A stretch of DNA of 64,000 nucleotides, from positions 372,001-436,000 of the forward strand of contig JAIVFI010000031.1 in assembly GCA_025558095.1 (NCBI GenBank), read 5' to 3'. The stretch is from Hyaloraphidium curvatum SAG 235-1. Its lineage: Eukaryota > Fungi > Monoblepharomycota. The notes under the pieces were generated by a model, which was given only the letters and a program-made list of their open reading frames with translations, ran no database searches and was not told the DNA's origin. Positions 35,653 through 48,425 of this stretch are shown piece after piece. Made by a program: the position numbers and the translations under genes. Position 1 is the stretch's first letter, and each line of letters starts with the position of its first letter.

Positions 35653-37082
35653 ATGCTCGAGCTCGTCGCGGAGCTGAAAGGCAGGATTTCCGACCTGTTC
35701 GCAGATCAGAATCAGAATTTGACTCCCCGCATCTTTTTCGACGATTCCGGCGGCGATTTGGGACGCATCGCGTCCTCCGACTGTTATCGCGGATCTGGGG
35801 CCACAACACACGCAGGCCACCTCGACCGGGTCTGGAACCTGGCCTGGCATCCTTCCGGGAGGTTGCTTGCGTCATGCTCGGGCGACAAAACCGTGCGGCT
35901 CTGGGCTCAGGACGCGACGGGGACCTGGGTCGCGACGAACGTCTTGGACGGCATGCACAAGCGGACAGTCCGCAGCGTGTGCTGGTCCCCGGACGGCGAG
36001 CACCTTGCCAGCGCGAGCTTTGACGCGACCACCGGAATCTGGGAAAAGGGCATGGACAGAGGTGGGAAGCGCTGCCGGTGACCGGACCGTCCCACGAACC
36101 ACACGGCATTTGCAGAGTACGAATGTGTCGCGACTTTGGAGGGGCACGAGAACGAAGTGAAGAGCGTGGGCTACTCTGCGGGAGGCAATCTCTTGGCCAC
36201 TTGTAGCCGAGACAAGAGCGTCTGGATCTGGGAGGGTAGGCTTTCCGGCTTCTCCGATCGAACTGCCCAATCGTCACCACGTGCCCGCCTCAGTCGAGGA
36301 CGACACGGACTTCTCGTGCCTCAGCGTGCTCCAGGAGCACACGCAGGACGTGAAGATGGTCTGCTGGCACCCAAACGAAGAACTCCTCGCATCGGCCAGC
36401 TACGACGACACGATTCGAATCTGGAGGGAGAACAGGAACAATGACGACTGGATGTGTTCCGATACGCTTGAAGGGCACACTTCTACCGTGTGGGCTGTTG
36501 ATTTCAACGCGGACGGCAACCATTTGGGTTCGTGGATTGCTGGTCTCTGCTAGCGGCGCGGACCACCAACCTCACACATCATTCACGCGTCAGCTTCGGT
36601 GTCGGACGACTTGTCGTTGCGAATATGGAAGCGCTACGGACCCGGAAACGCCCGAGGAATCCCCACGCCTCGAAATGAGCCGCGGTGGCGGACGGTGATG
36701 GCGAAGCCTGATGCCCATGATCGGACCATCTTCGGCGTCTCGTGGAGCAAGGTGCACGGGAGGATCGCGACGTGCGGGTCGGATAACCGGATACGTGTTT
36801 GGGAGCAGGTAAGCTTGTCGGCTGTGCTCCTGGTTTGGGCTATTGATTGCACACGGTCGACTGACTGAGCGATCGCCGGGGCAGGACGATATTGCCAGCT
36901 CCGATCCCGATAACCTCGTTTGGAGCGTGGTTGCGACTGTGGACAACGCCCACGGACAGAGCGACATCAACTGCGTGGCTTGGAACCCCGTGGATTCCAA
37001 CTCGACGCTTTTGGCCAGCGCTGGAGACGATCAGATGATCCGGATATGGCGGTTAGCAGGCCAGCCGAATGGGCATGTGTAG
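35653..37082 (+). CDS. CIA1: WD40 cytosolic Fe-S assembly protein CIA1/CIAO1
   Basis: [63 protein letters not shown]. Confidence 0.95.
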
Positions 37083-37131
37083 CGATCGTGATGAAAGGAG
37101 CGGCTTTGCGACACCGCCGAAACCCCCAATC

Positions 37132-40100
37132 ATGGACGAGGACCAGGGCGCCGGTGCCGGCGCTGGTCATCGCGGTGGCGGAGGCGATGAGCCAGATCTC
37201 TACGAGAATGACGGCGCGCTGGAGGCGGACGCGGATATGGCGGTGGCCGTCCCCCCGACGCTGGATGCCGGGTCCCCTTGGGAGCAGACCTTAAATCGGT
37301 GGGATTTGCGCGCCTTGCGCGTACACTGGGGCTCATGTTGCTGCTTTACGCGTCTGCTGATGCGGTGGCCTGCGCGACGCGTCCCGACCGTGCCCTGTTC
37401 AGGCTCATTCCGGCCATTGTCAGCATTCGCTTCATCTGCGTCCGCAACTTCGACACTGAACAGCGCCGCACGAGCCAAGCAACCGGATTCATCATCGACC
37501 GGGAGCGTGGGCTGATCCTGACCAACAGACACGTCGTAACGCCAGGTGACCGGTACACGACCTGAGCCCCGGCCGTTCCTCACCATGCCTCGTGAAGGTC
37601 CCATCATCGCGGAGGCAATTCTGAAGAACAAGGAGGAAGTCCGGATATACCCTGTTTATCGAGACCCCGTGCACGATTTCGGCGTGTTCCGTTTCTCGAC
37701 GAAGGAGGTCAAGTACATGGATCTGGTGGAGATACCCCTGGCACCCGAGCTGGCACGCATCGGAGCGGATGTTCGCGTCGTGGGCAACGATTCTGGAGAG
37801 AGGCTTAGCATCCTAAGCGGGGTGATGGCTCGACTCGACCGGAAAGCGCCTACGGTAGGGCCGGCAGCGGAGTTCACTCGAAGCAAGGCGCTCAGATGTC
37901 ATTCGCAGTACGGGGTGGGACGCTTCAACGACTTCAACACCTGTGAGTCTGTTTGCGAGAAAGTTGGGATGTTGCGCCTCAACCAACGCCATGAAACTGT
38001 CCAGTCTACTACCAAGCGGCATCCATGACCTCTGGGGGCTCCTCCGGCTCTCCAGTACTGGACATTTCCGGCCACTGTGTCGCATTGAATGCCGGTGGCG
38101 CCACTGGAGCGGCAGCATCCTCCTTCTTCCTCCCCCTGGATCGAGTGGTTCGTGCCTTGGAGTACATAAAGGAGGGCAAGGAAGTGCCCCGTGGAGATAT
38201 CCAAGCCGTCTTCAAGCACGCCGCCTACGATGAGGTCCGGAGGCTGGGACTCAAGGAAGAGCTCGAGGGCGAAATGCGGAGAGCTTTCCCAGACGGAGAG
38301 GGCATGCTTGTCGTCAGGTGGGCCTCGCTTTCAATTGTATGGCGAGCTTCCGATCATGGCCTTCGGCTTTCGCAGCCAAGTGGTGCCACAGGGACCTGCG
38401 GATGGAAAGCTGGAAGCCGGAGACATTGTCCTGCGGATGAATGGTCAGCTGCTGACAACCTTTGTCCCCTTGGAAGGTGAGCGTCCGCTGTGGCCTCCGT
38501 CGAACCAACTCACATCGCTCCTCGCAACCAGAGATACTGGACTCCAACGTCGGAAATGAGGTCACCTTCGAGATCCATCGAGGCCCGAACATTCTGTCCG
38601 TCTCGGTGACGGTCGAGGACCTGCACTCGACAATGCCGCGAAGATATGTCGAGGTCGGCGGTGGAATCCTTCACGACTTATCGTACCAGATGGCACGCGG
38701 CTTCATGGTTCCGTGTTCGGGTGTCTACGTCGCTTCGGCCGGCTACATGCTATCGCTCGCCGGCGTGAGCCGAAAGTGCATCATTACGAGCCTCGACAAT
38801 CAATCCACTCCGCACTTGGATGACTTCGTACGGATATTCGCCCAACTGAAGGATGGCGACCGCGTCGGTCTCCGCTACTATGCTCTTGGGGATGTGAACA
38901 AAGAGAAGCTCGGAATCCTGCAGGTGAGACTGATGGCGGCGGTTATCGAGTTCTGCCCCAAACGTGCTTGATCGTGAATCAGGTCGACCGCAAATGGCAC
39001 GCCTTCTCGGTGGCAACCCGTGACGACGTCTCCGGACTGTGGCATTACACCTATCCGGAATGCACGACGGGGACAGCCGTGCCAAAGCCCCATTCCGCGG
39101 CGAGAATTCACATCGACAACCCCATCGCGGACAAAATTGTGCCGGCGCTCGTGCTGATCGAGTTCCGGATGCCTTTCAAGGTGGACGGGACTTCGCTGCT
39201 GGTGCACACGGGCATTGGCGTCGTCGTGGATCGGGAGAAAGGACTTATCGTGACGGATCGGCATTCGGTCCCCACTGCCATGGGCGATGTGGTGCTCACT
39301 TTTGCCAACTCGGTGCTGGTGCAAGGACGCGTCGTCTTCATCCACCAGCTCTACAACATCGCGGTTTTGGCCTACGACACCAAGGTCTTGGGGGACACCG
39401 AGGTCGCGGAGATCGAGTGGAGCGACAAGAAGCTGGCGCAGGGCGACACGGTGCTGCAGGTCTGCCTCACAAAGTCCTTCCACGTCGTCGTGCGTTCCAC
39501 TGTGGTCACAAACGTTCGCGCGTTCTTCATCACGGAAACCTTGCCTCCGACCTTCCGTGCCACCAACCAAGAGGGCATCGAGCTCGACAACCCCTTGGCT
39601 GCCTACGGTGTGTTGTGCGATCCCGAGACGGGCAAGGTGCAATCCGTGTGGATCGCGTACACAAAGTACTCGTCCAAGGGCAGCCGGCACGAGTTCGGAA
39701 TGGGCTTTCCTGCGGACCTGTTGCTCCCTTTCCTCAACATCCTGCGGCAAGGCGTGGTCCCCAGGCTCATGTGCCCCGAGATCGAGCTTGGCTACGCGCA
39801 CGTCGCCCAAGCGCGCCTCCTGGGCGTTCCGGACGAGTGGGTGAAGAGGATCGAGGGCGGCCAGTCCAGTCGGCGGAACGTGGTCGTGGTTCGGAGGGTC
39901 ACCAGTGGCACAGAAGCGGGCGAGATTCTCAAGGAGGGGGACCTGATCCTTGCCGTGGACAGTACCGTTGCTACTGTGTTTACGGACGTTGTGGGCTACC
40001 CTGACAAGACCGAGCTTCTTCTGGTGAGGGCGTCACGGATTAGGAGAAGCACACGCGCGCTGAGCTGGTGAAACCCACCCAGACTACCTTCAGGAACGGT

Positions 40101-40753
40101 TCCGTCTTCGAGGCCAAGGTGCCCGCTTCGGAGCTGTCTCCGATTGGCACCACCCGGATCGTCGGCTGGGCAGGCGCCGTTTTCCAAAGTGAGTGTTCGC
40201 CCGTTTGCCGATGACCCTCATCCCAACATTGTCGTCCACAGTGCCCCATCGGCAGGTCTATTCGCAGCTGAAGAAGGTTCCGAACGGCGTCTACTGCGCT
40301 GTTGTTTTCAGCGGGAGCCCGGCCGAGCTGTACGGCCTTCGATCCATGACTTGGGTGACCGAGATCGGTGGCAAGCCCATCAACGACCTCGACTCCATGT
40401 TGGCGGCGGTGCAGGCCGTGCCGGATGAGACTTTCGTCCTGGTCAAGATGTACCATGCGTTCTCGCGCCAGACCAAGGTTCTCTCGATCAGGTGCGTGGC
40501 GCAGTTCTGAGTGCCACGAGCTCGACGTGACGTGCTTGTTCGCCGTAGAAACAACGAGCACTACTATTCGACGTGGGAGATTGTCGGCGTGAGCAAGAAG
40601 AGAAAGCCGTCGGTGGTCGGCAACGGCGACGCCAGTGCGATGGTGGTCGATTCCCCTGAATCTCCGGATTCGGAAAGGCTCGAGCGATGGACGGATCACG
40701 AGATAGTGTGGACTCTGCAGAAACCAGACGGAGCGCCTCGCGCCGCTTCGTGA
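37132..40753 (+). CDS. NMA111: HtrA-like nuclear serine protease with PDZ domains
   Basis: [63 protein letters not shown]; second protease-like domain; many introns. Confidence 0.93.
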
Positions 40754-40938
40754 TCTGACTGCACTTGATCATGGCGACTCTGTCTCGGTGTGTGGCAAGA
40801 TACCCCTGGAATGTAGATTTCGTCATGCTGTGTCACGGGAAGTTGATGGTCAATTGAGTCGTCAGCGCGCGCGGATGTGCGTAGCCGGTAGGCCCGGGCG
40901 GTGATCAAGGCGGGACCCCGCTAAACATCAAAACAGCG

Positions 40939-41409
40939 ATGGCCGACTACAAGAGCCCAATCAAGCCCATGGCGACGGAGGAGCCGAAGCTGGTCGTGGT
41001 AAGCACGATGAAAGCGCTCGACCTCGCGGTTTGTGCCAACTTCTCCGCGGCAGCTCAATGGTGCCTACGAGGACCCGGGGTGTGCGACCTTCACGCTGAA
41101 CGAGGAGGACCACACTCTGGGCAACTCGCTGCGTTACATGATAATGAAGAAGTGAGATTTGAAAGTGACTCGCCAGCTGAGCGGGATCTCATGTTTCGCT
41201 GAAGCCCGAAGACCGACTACTGCGGCTACTCGAACCCCCACCCCTCTGAAGACAAGATTAACCTCCGTATTCAGACGGACGGGTCCTGCCCCGCTACCGA
41301 CGTCCTTTCCAAAGGCCTGGATGATCTCATGGATCTCTGCGACCACGTTCTGGAGACCTTTGACGCCGCTGTGGCATCGAGGCGGTCGTCTTCGCGGGCG
41401 AAGAAGTGA
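40939..41409 (+). CDS. RPC19: RNA polymerase I/III subunit AC19 (POLR1D)
   Basis: ATFTLNEEDHTLGNSLRYMIMK, YCGYSNPHPSEDKINLRIQT, KGLDDLMDLCDHV. Confidence 0.93.
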
Positions 41410-41718
41410 GGACTTTTCGGGCACCTGATCCACTGGAGCCAGTCTCTATCGGTGGCATCGCTGCACTCGGACATGTCGACCGGAGCTGTGTCGAGGTTGC
41501 GCGTCCAGCAGTGGATGACCGCTACATTCTTGTGCCTCGACAGCACGCTTCCCTCGTGATTGCTGGACGATGAGGACACAGCGTTGTCTTTCGCAGAGCG
41601 CTCTTGCTCATCCCGAGTGGAAGGGCAGTGTGCACGACGGACCTTTCATTGGAAGGATGAGCAGGGGAGCCCTCTCGGGTCAGCTTATCAGAGGTTGAAT
41701 CAGACTACAATGCCCAAA

Positions 41719-42951
41719 TCACAGTGCCGGGGCACCTCCTTGCTTGCTGAGAAAGTCCCAAACCTGGGATGGCTGCAGGTCGAGGTGGTCTTCTACCTCC
41801 AGCTCCTCCAGGACTTTGCTGCCCCACTTCTCCTTCGCCGCGGCCACGTCGTAGGCGTCGCCACATCCGTCGCAATCGGGATCGAACTGTTTGCGGACTC
41901 TCTGCACGAGCCAGCAGTCGTCGGTGTTTGCCTCTCGTTCGCCAATGTCGAACTCGAGCACCCCGACGGAGCTGAAGAGCAGAAGCCAGAGCACGTGATC
42001 GGGAATCAGCTCGGTCGTGTATCCATCGAAGTCTGCAAAGAGGTGCTCTCGGATCCGCTTCGTATTGATTTTGGACAGACCGTCGGCGCGCCGGTGTTCG
42101 ACTGGTTCCCAGCATCTCAAGTCCATTGCAGCATCATTGAGCTGGGGCGGTGCCTCGTAGAGGTTGCTGGCAACCATCGTCCAGTCCTGGTCCGACAGGA
42201 GCGGTCTGATGGAGAGGACGAAAAGAAACTCGGTGCGTTTACGTCGCATATTCAGTGCGGCTTCGAGCCCAGTCGGAGCAGCAAACGGGCACCAGAGCTT
42301 CGTGTGAACAGTGACGTGCTCGAGCTGGTAACCTGCCCACGTCCCCTTTGTACTGATCGTAATGTTGCGGGCGATAGCCTCCCTGAGGTTCCTCGAGATG
42401 CCGTTCTCCCACAACAGCTTCCTCACAGACTGCCTGATGCGGCCTGCAATGTCCGGCGGAAAATCCACGTGGCACTCGTAGTCATCGATCCGGATCCAAT
42501 CGGTGTCGGGCACCTCGGCCTCCTGCTTCTCCGAGTTCTCACGATCGTCAGCAATTCGGCAAGCAACGTAGGCTTCCCACAGCGACCTCAGATGCTCGCG
42601 AGGGAATGCCGTCCATTCGGCCGGTGCGCAGATGAGACCGAAATACTCCCAGGGAGTTGGAGTTGCGACACTCGGGCGGGCAGCGGTGATCGATGTCGGG
42701 CCAAGCGCACGCGGACGGCCAGTGCCCGCGTCCGGAGGGGCAGCGATGATCGAAGGGGCCGGATGAGCAGTGCCGAGATTCCGACCAGCGCTCCCGAGTC
42801 CGCGCGTCGAAGTTGTCGGTCGAACAGGGCCGTTTGCTGCGAGCGCGGACGAGGCGCGATCCTTGACAGGAGCGGTGCCGAGATGAAGCACCAAACGGCG
42901 CGGGGGCGGTTGCTGAAGTCCGGACGAGCTTTCTTCGCTTGCCGCGGTCAT
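41719..42951 (-). CDS. Hypothetical protein
   Basis: 410-aa ORF with protein-like composition; no family recognised; 3' end may be spliced further. Confidence 0.5.
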   Translation of the reverse strand: MTAASEESSSGLQQPPPRRLVLHLGTAPVKDRASSALAANGPVRPTTSTRGLGSAGRNLGTAHPAPSIIAAPPDAGTGRPRALGPTSITAARPSVATPTPWEYFGLICAPAEWTAFPREHLRSLWEAYVACRIADDRENSEKQEAEVPDTDWIRIDDYECHVDFPPDIAGRIRQSVRKLLWENGISRNLREAIARNITISTKGTWAGYQLEHVTVHTKLWCPFAAPTGLEAALNMRRKRTEFLFVLSIRPLLSDQDWTMVASNLYEAPPQLNDAAMDLRCWEPVEHRRADGLSKINTKRIREHLFADFDGYTTELIPDHVLWLLLFSSVGVLEFDIGEREANTDDCWLVQRVRKQFDPDCDGCGDAYDVAAAKEKWGSKVLEELEVEDHLDLQPSQVWDFLSKQGGAPAL

Positions 42952-43235
42952 GCGACCGCGCTCGCGCGAGCTCTCTTCATGGCTCTCTGCGAGCTTTTAG
43001 GGCTCCGCTGCGGGACACGGGACGCGTGTGGAGGGTCGTGCGAACTCATCAATCTCCACCTTGCGTCACCCCAGCACACAGGAAAGAATCTCGCCACCGT
43101 ACAATCTTTGAACCCGTATTGTTCACCGGCCAAAGTAATCGTGTGGCTTGCGGACGTTCGGACGAGGTCCGATCTGGAATCGGACTTTACCGCAGTGGAA
43201 CAACAGACAGCATCAATCCAACTCTAGCAGAGATC

Positions 43236-43967
43236 TCAAACCAGCACTTGTTCCTCATTGCTCTCTGTCGTCAGCATGCCGGTGCGGACGTCCGCGCCAC
43301 AGATGTCGCGGAATGCCGATACCAGCGCCCTTTCCATCTCTTTGCACGATTGCTCATCGATGCCCCGAACAAATTCCGAAACGACGACGATGCGTCGCGA
43401 GCTTTCGTGCACGAGGCCCTGGCGAGCTTGCCTCCAGATGAAATGACGGGTGAGGCCCACGCTTCCTGTGAAGTAGGCCAGCTCTCCAGGTGCCATGTCC
43501 TTCGTCTCCGCGTCATCCAGCGCCAAGAACGTGTCACCGACCTCGGACCGTCGCAAAAGGATGTCTCCGCCGTTGGAAGCAGCCGCCACGCGGTCGAGGT
43601 CGAAAGCGCCCGCTGGAAGAAAGTTCTCCAAGCACATCGAATTGTAGAGGTCTACGAGCGGGTTCACGGAAAACGGGCTCGTCCCAGGCTTGATCCGCTT
43701 TGTCAGGGACTCGATCGCGGGAGGATACGAAGATACTTTAATCCCGGCCGCCTTCAAGGCGGTCCTAAAGGTGGCAATGTGCGGATGCGGTCCGTTTCTC
43801 GGTGCGTCGGCAACACGCGACCATGCCGCGGTCCATCGAGAGCGGATCGCTTCGTTCCGAGCCAACACACGCTCCTCCGGCACATCGTTCGGCATGGTCA
43901 CCGAAAGGACCAGCACGCGTAGCCCAGGAATGGCAGAAAAGACGTTGGGTCGTACGATGAGCTTCAT
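43236..43967 (-). CDS. Standalone B3/4 domain protein (PheRS-beta editing-domain-like)
   Basis: YPPAIESLTKR, SVNPLVDLYNSMCL..LPAGAFDLD, GDTFLAL, PGELAY, WRQ; intronless. Confidence 0.88.
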   Translation of the reverse strand: MKLIVRPNVFSAIPGLRVLVLSVTMPNDVPEERVLARNEAIRSRWTAAWSRVADAPRNGPHPHIATFRTALKAAGIKVSSYPPAIESLTKRIKPGTSPFSVNPLVDLYNSMCLENFLPAGAFDLDRVAAASNGGDILLRRSEVGDTFLALDDAETKDMAPGELAYFTGSVGLTRHFIWRQARQGLVHESSRRIVVVSEFVRGIDEQSCKEMERALVSAFRDICGADVRTGMLTTESNEEQVLV

Positions 43968-44183
43968 GCCGAGCTCTGCCCGTCAATGCGCGTTGTCCGT
44001 GGCGTAAGCCGCTTCGGGCACGCGATGCTACAAAAATGGAACAGAAAAAAAGAACAGACGGCGAATGAAGACCCGGAAGCGTGTCGCTCGAAGCTCGAGT
44101 GATCGTCGATGGACAGCGCGGAGGCGGGTGCCGTGATCGCGCAGGGCAGGAGCCCTGAAGTCCCCTTCACGCCCCGAATCGCG

Positions 44184-45343
44184 ATGTCGACGGCTTCGGA
44201 GGACAAGAAGAGGATGCAGCGGCGCCAATCGGCGCATGGCTTCCGGCCACCGGAGCTCCACGGGGCGGCCAAGGTGAGGCGCCACGCTGGGAGACTCCTG
44301 CTCGCCGACGCTCCCGCGGACGATTTGTCCGCGTCCGTCTTTCGGCAATCGATCCGGAACGTGATGCGGCAAGCTTCATACCCCAGCTTACCCATTCTGC
44401 CCTCAGATTTATGTCCCGGTCGTGTTCTGGACGCGACTTGTCTTGACGATGCTTGTCGTCGCCATCCTCTTCGTTGTGGTCATGCTGCTCTCTTTCGTGC
44501 TGCGCATACTCGGATTGGAACGCTACTCGAATTACATTGCGGGCCGGATCATCGCGTTCGCCGTCACGGTGATCGGCGGGATCCGCTACAAGATCATCGG
44601 CGCCGAGTATCTGGACGCAACCCGGCCCTGCGTCTTTGTCAGTAATCATCAGTCCAGTCTCGACATGATTACCATGGCAAGGGTTGGTCATGATGTGTAT
44701 ACCTTCCTGCGCCTGTTCTGACGTTTGCAGGTCTTCCCGATGAGCTGCTTTGTCATTGCAAAGAAGGAGCTCGCTCGGCTGCCTTTCCTCGGGTGGTACT
44801 TCACAGCCGCCGGCAATTTCGCGCTGGACCGCAAGAATCATGCCGCAGCCATCGACATGATGGGCCAGGTAGCGGAGAGAATGAAGGAGCGGAAGATGGG
44901 CGTCTGGATCTATCCCGAGGGAACGCGGTCCTAGTGAGTCGAACTGCTTCTCGTGCAGTCAAGTCGGATGACCCTGACATTCGCCAAGTCTGCGCAAGGC
45001 CGACCTGCTGGATTTCAAGAAGGGTGGCTTCCGCACAGCCATTGACTGCCAATGTCCCGTCGTCCCCGTCGTCTTTTCAGTCTACACGCATGTCTTTGAC
45101 GAGAAGGCCAAGCGCTGGCCGGGCGGCACGATCACCGTCCGAGTGCTGCCTCCGATCCCGACCAAGGGCCTCACGGCTGCCGACACGCAGCAGCTTTTGG
45201 ACACGACGAGGGATACCATGCTGCACACGCTGAAGCAGATTTCTGGAGCGCGATTCCGGGACACTATAACAGACCTGGACGTTCCCGAGGTGGACCTTGA
45301 CGACGAAACTGAGGTGCCGGAAGGGGAAAAGAAAGACGAGTGA
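44184..45343 (+). CDS. SLC1: 1-acyl-sn-glycerol-3-phosphate acyltransferase
   Basis: NHQSSLD, AKKEL..LPFLGWY, LDR, YPEGTRS, FKKG motifs; an upstream in-frame ATG at 44109 is possible. Confidence 0.9.
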
Positions 45344-45406
45344 TGTTGAAAGGCCTGTATTGGGTTTCCAATGAAGAGCGCTCGAGCAGAAGTGGCCGAG
45401 GGTTGA

Positions 45407-46649
45407 TCAAGCGCTCAGAAGTCCCAGCAACCGCCGAACGCAGCTTTCGGCGCCGTCCACGGACTTTGCAAACGCCACGTGCCTGCAGAACTGCGAGGGA
45501 TCAACAACGGCATGGCCTTGCGGACACTGGGCGCACCTCTTGGAAAGCTGCATCTGCGGAACGGTCGCTGTCCGCCCTGTCGTGACGATCCCGGCTCCTA
45601 CTGCGCGGTTGAGGCTGTCGGTCCGGTCCATGCAGCAGATACTCGGCTCCCGCGATGCTACGGATGCCCAGATACACGCAAGCAGCAGCAACATTCCTAG
45701 GATGGCATCGAACGGCCAGTTCCGAATCCATCATGGCGTCCGCGCAGGCGGCCCAGGCGAACTGCGCGACCTGGCGCAGCACATCGAAGCGGAAAAGCAT
45801 TGCTTCCTGCGTCGAACTTCTCCTCGGGCTAGCAGACCGATTGCGGTTGCTGTATGGAGTCCAGTACGGTCCGCCGTGACCTGCGTTGTCGCGCGATCCG
45901 CCATGCGGGGCATCGCGTTCCGGTGCGAAGCCCTCTGCTCGGTCGCGATCGGTAAACGGCCGGTGTCCGTACTCCTCACGCCCGCGTCTGGAATCCGAAT
46001 ATGGTTCCGTCTCCCGGCACCAGATCTCGTGAACGGTCCGGGCGATCCAGCGATGGGGGAGGTCGACCTGGAGCTCGAACCGCAACACCCTCAGCATGAT
46101 CAGCTCCGCGTTCACAAGCGAGTCCCGCAGCGCATGATATTGGTCCGAGATCGGCAGGTACGGATCCTCGGGATGGAGGACGAACCAACCGACGTTGATC
46201 ACGTCGCGGATCTTCCTCACGGTCTCGGCCGTCTTGCAGGCCAAATCCAGAGCCGCGGTGGCGACGAGCTCCAAAACCGAGGAGATATCAATGTTCCATT
46301 GGCGCCATTCAGCGAGGAATCCGGTCCCGAACCGTGTCCGGTGCCGTACGCGGGGCGGAGCGGGAACGCGTTTGGAGAACAGCTTCGCACGCGTGCTCCA
46401 CGCCAACGGCCGACAAGACGCTCACATAGTCATCAAGAGGCGGGAAAGACGATGCGATGTCTGGCGTTTGACGGTCGCTGTAGTAGAGCTTGTAGCGATG
46501 AAAGTAGGCCAAGGCGGTCGCTGTGGTCGTCCGGGGTCTGGGAATCGCTTCGCGTCCAGTTCGCCGGGGACACGACGGCAGCGGCAATCATACATCTTCA
46601 GTGTTTCTGCACACACGAGGAGGAACTCCATGGGCGGTGGGGCGGCCAT
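45407..46649 (-). CDS. Transcriptional cyclin, cyclin Q (FAM58)-like
   Basis: LACKTAETVRKIRDVINV..HP...LPISDQYHALRDSLVNAELIMLRVLRFELQVDLPH; second cyclin box NVAAACVYLG. Confidence 0.75.
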
Positions 46650-46810
46650 TTCCGTCCCAAGGAGTGTAGCGATGACCACGATAGCGAAGAAAGACCCGCG
46701 ACCGATCAGTCGTGTTTTTCTGACCAAGATCATCGAGGAGGATGACCTCGCCGAGACGATCGGACGCTTATTCAACGAAGGAATACACAATGATGTAACC
46801 ATTCAATCAT

Positions 46811-48080
46811 TCATTCATCGCCGTTCGTGCTGGTACCTTTCTTCTCGGACTTGGGCTTGAACTTGATCTTGGAGACGAAGAAGTCGATCAACTGTCCAGG
46901 GCGTGAGCTCGAAGCTAGGAGCGGAATGCGAACCCCGACCCACCGTCTGCGGACACCGCAACCGGATCTCGGGCAGAGGATGCACGCTCTTGCCGCCGTC
47001 CTTCCACATCACAAACACCATCGTCTCCCCGCTGTCGGCATTCACCATGGTCTCGACCCGTTTGAGGAGGGGATCCCAATGTTTCTCGTACCTGAGCTTC
47101 ACGGGAAGCTCGTCCATGACCTTGTACACTGCAAGGCGGGGTGAGCGCGGTGTCCGAGGGATGGCGGGTCAAAAACCGACCTTCGCCGCTCGTCTGGCTG
47201 CTGTCATCGCCGCCCCGGTTTATGGGAGATGCCGATCGGTTGGCAGCTGCCCGTCCGGAAGCCCGGTTCGGCGGCCGTTCGTCGTCAGTCTCGCTCTCGT
47301 CCGAAACGGCGCGCTTCTTCGGCGTCTTTGGCTTGATCGGCTCAACGAAAGGGGATCGTTCCCGCGCGGCCGACTTTTTTCTCTTTCGCGGCGCCTGCAC
47401 GGCAAGGTCAGCGGCATTCTCGAGGACAACAGGCCACTAGCTCACCTCGACAATCTCCTCCTCGTCATCGGAAACAGAAATGGCCCGCTTGCTCCGCTTC
47501 GACTCCCTCCGCTCTTCCTTGGTTTCCGATTTCGCCCGCCGTCCGTTCGTTGCGCTCGCTGCGGCGGCGGGCTTCCGCTTGGGAGCGGGGCTCGGTGCCC
47601 GAGAGACATCCTTGGACCCTGCTGGTCACGTCAGCGGCACGCAGATCTTGCGGCGGGCGCCCTGCGAACCTCTTGCACTGCTCTTCACCGCCTGCTTCGC
47701 GTTCTCCCGCTTCCAGAACCGCGCAATCAGCGTTTGGTCCTGGCGAGGCAAGAAGCAGGGGTCAGACGGGTCGCGGCGCCCGTAGCAGCGTGCTCACCAG
47801 GATATTTTCCTCGGGCTCCCATGTCGGCTTCCATTTCTTCCCCTTGGTGGGCTTCCACTTGACCAGGAACTCGGAAACGTACTGGAACCCCGAGCTTCAG
47901 ACCCCGTCCCGGGCCAACGCCACGGGCGCGACCGCCGCGCACCTTGCCCTCGTCCACGTCCTCCCTATCGCGGTGCTCGAGCAGGTCCTCGACCTCCCAT
48001 TCCTCCAGCTCCTCCTCCTCGCTGCCCTCGTTGGACTCGGGTCCCTCGTCGTCGTAGTCGCTCCCCGTTTCGGAGGGCAT
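46811..48080 (-). CDS. HP1/Swi6-like chromodomain + chromo-shadow protein
   Basis: Acidic patch EEEELEEWEVEDLLEHR, FLVKWK..TWEPEENI; basic hinge; shadow domain WDPLLKRVETM..VFVMWKDG..RCPQTLIDFF. Confidence 0.85.
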
Positions 48081-48425
48081 GGCGCCGCGGGCCTATGCGG
48101 CGTGGCGAACGGCAACGGCGCCGCCAAATGCGGGGCGGGATCGCCTCGGGGGTGGTCTCCGACCGGGGAGTTCGCCCGGCGACCGGGGGTCCCAAGCCGC
48201 GGCCGGGGGGCGGAGAGCGGTTCGCCGGCCGGGGAGGCCGACGTCGCTGCGTCACGAGCGCTAGCAAACGCGTCAGGCGGCGAAATGCCTCTTCCTGTGG
48301 CCGTGTCGGCGGGAGATGTGAGCGTCTCACAATAGACTCGCGCGGGGCGGCGACGCCGAGATTCAACAGAGATCACACCCTCAAACCCGAGCGACCGAGG
48401 GTATCAAAAGACCATTACATCCAGC

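Noticed and set aside
41560-43227. 555-aa plus-strand ORF
   Set aside because: Antisense shadow of the minus-strand gene; no motifs. Long stop-free shadow frames are common at this GC content.
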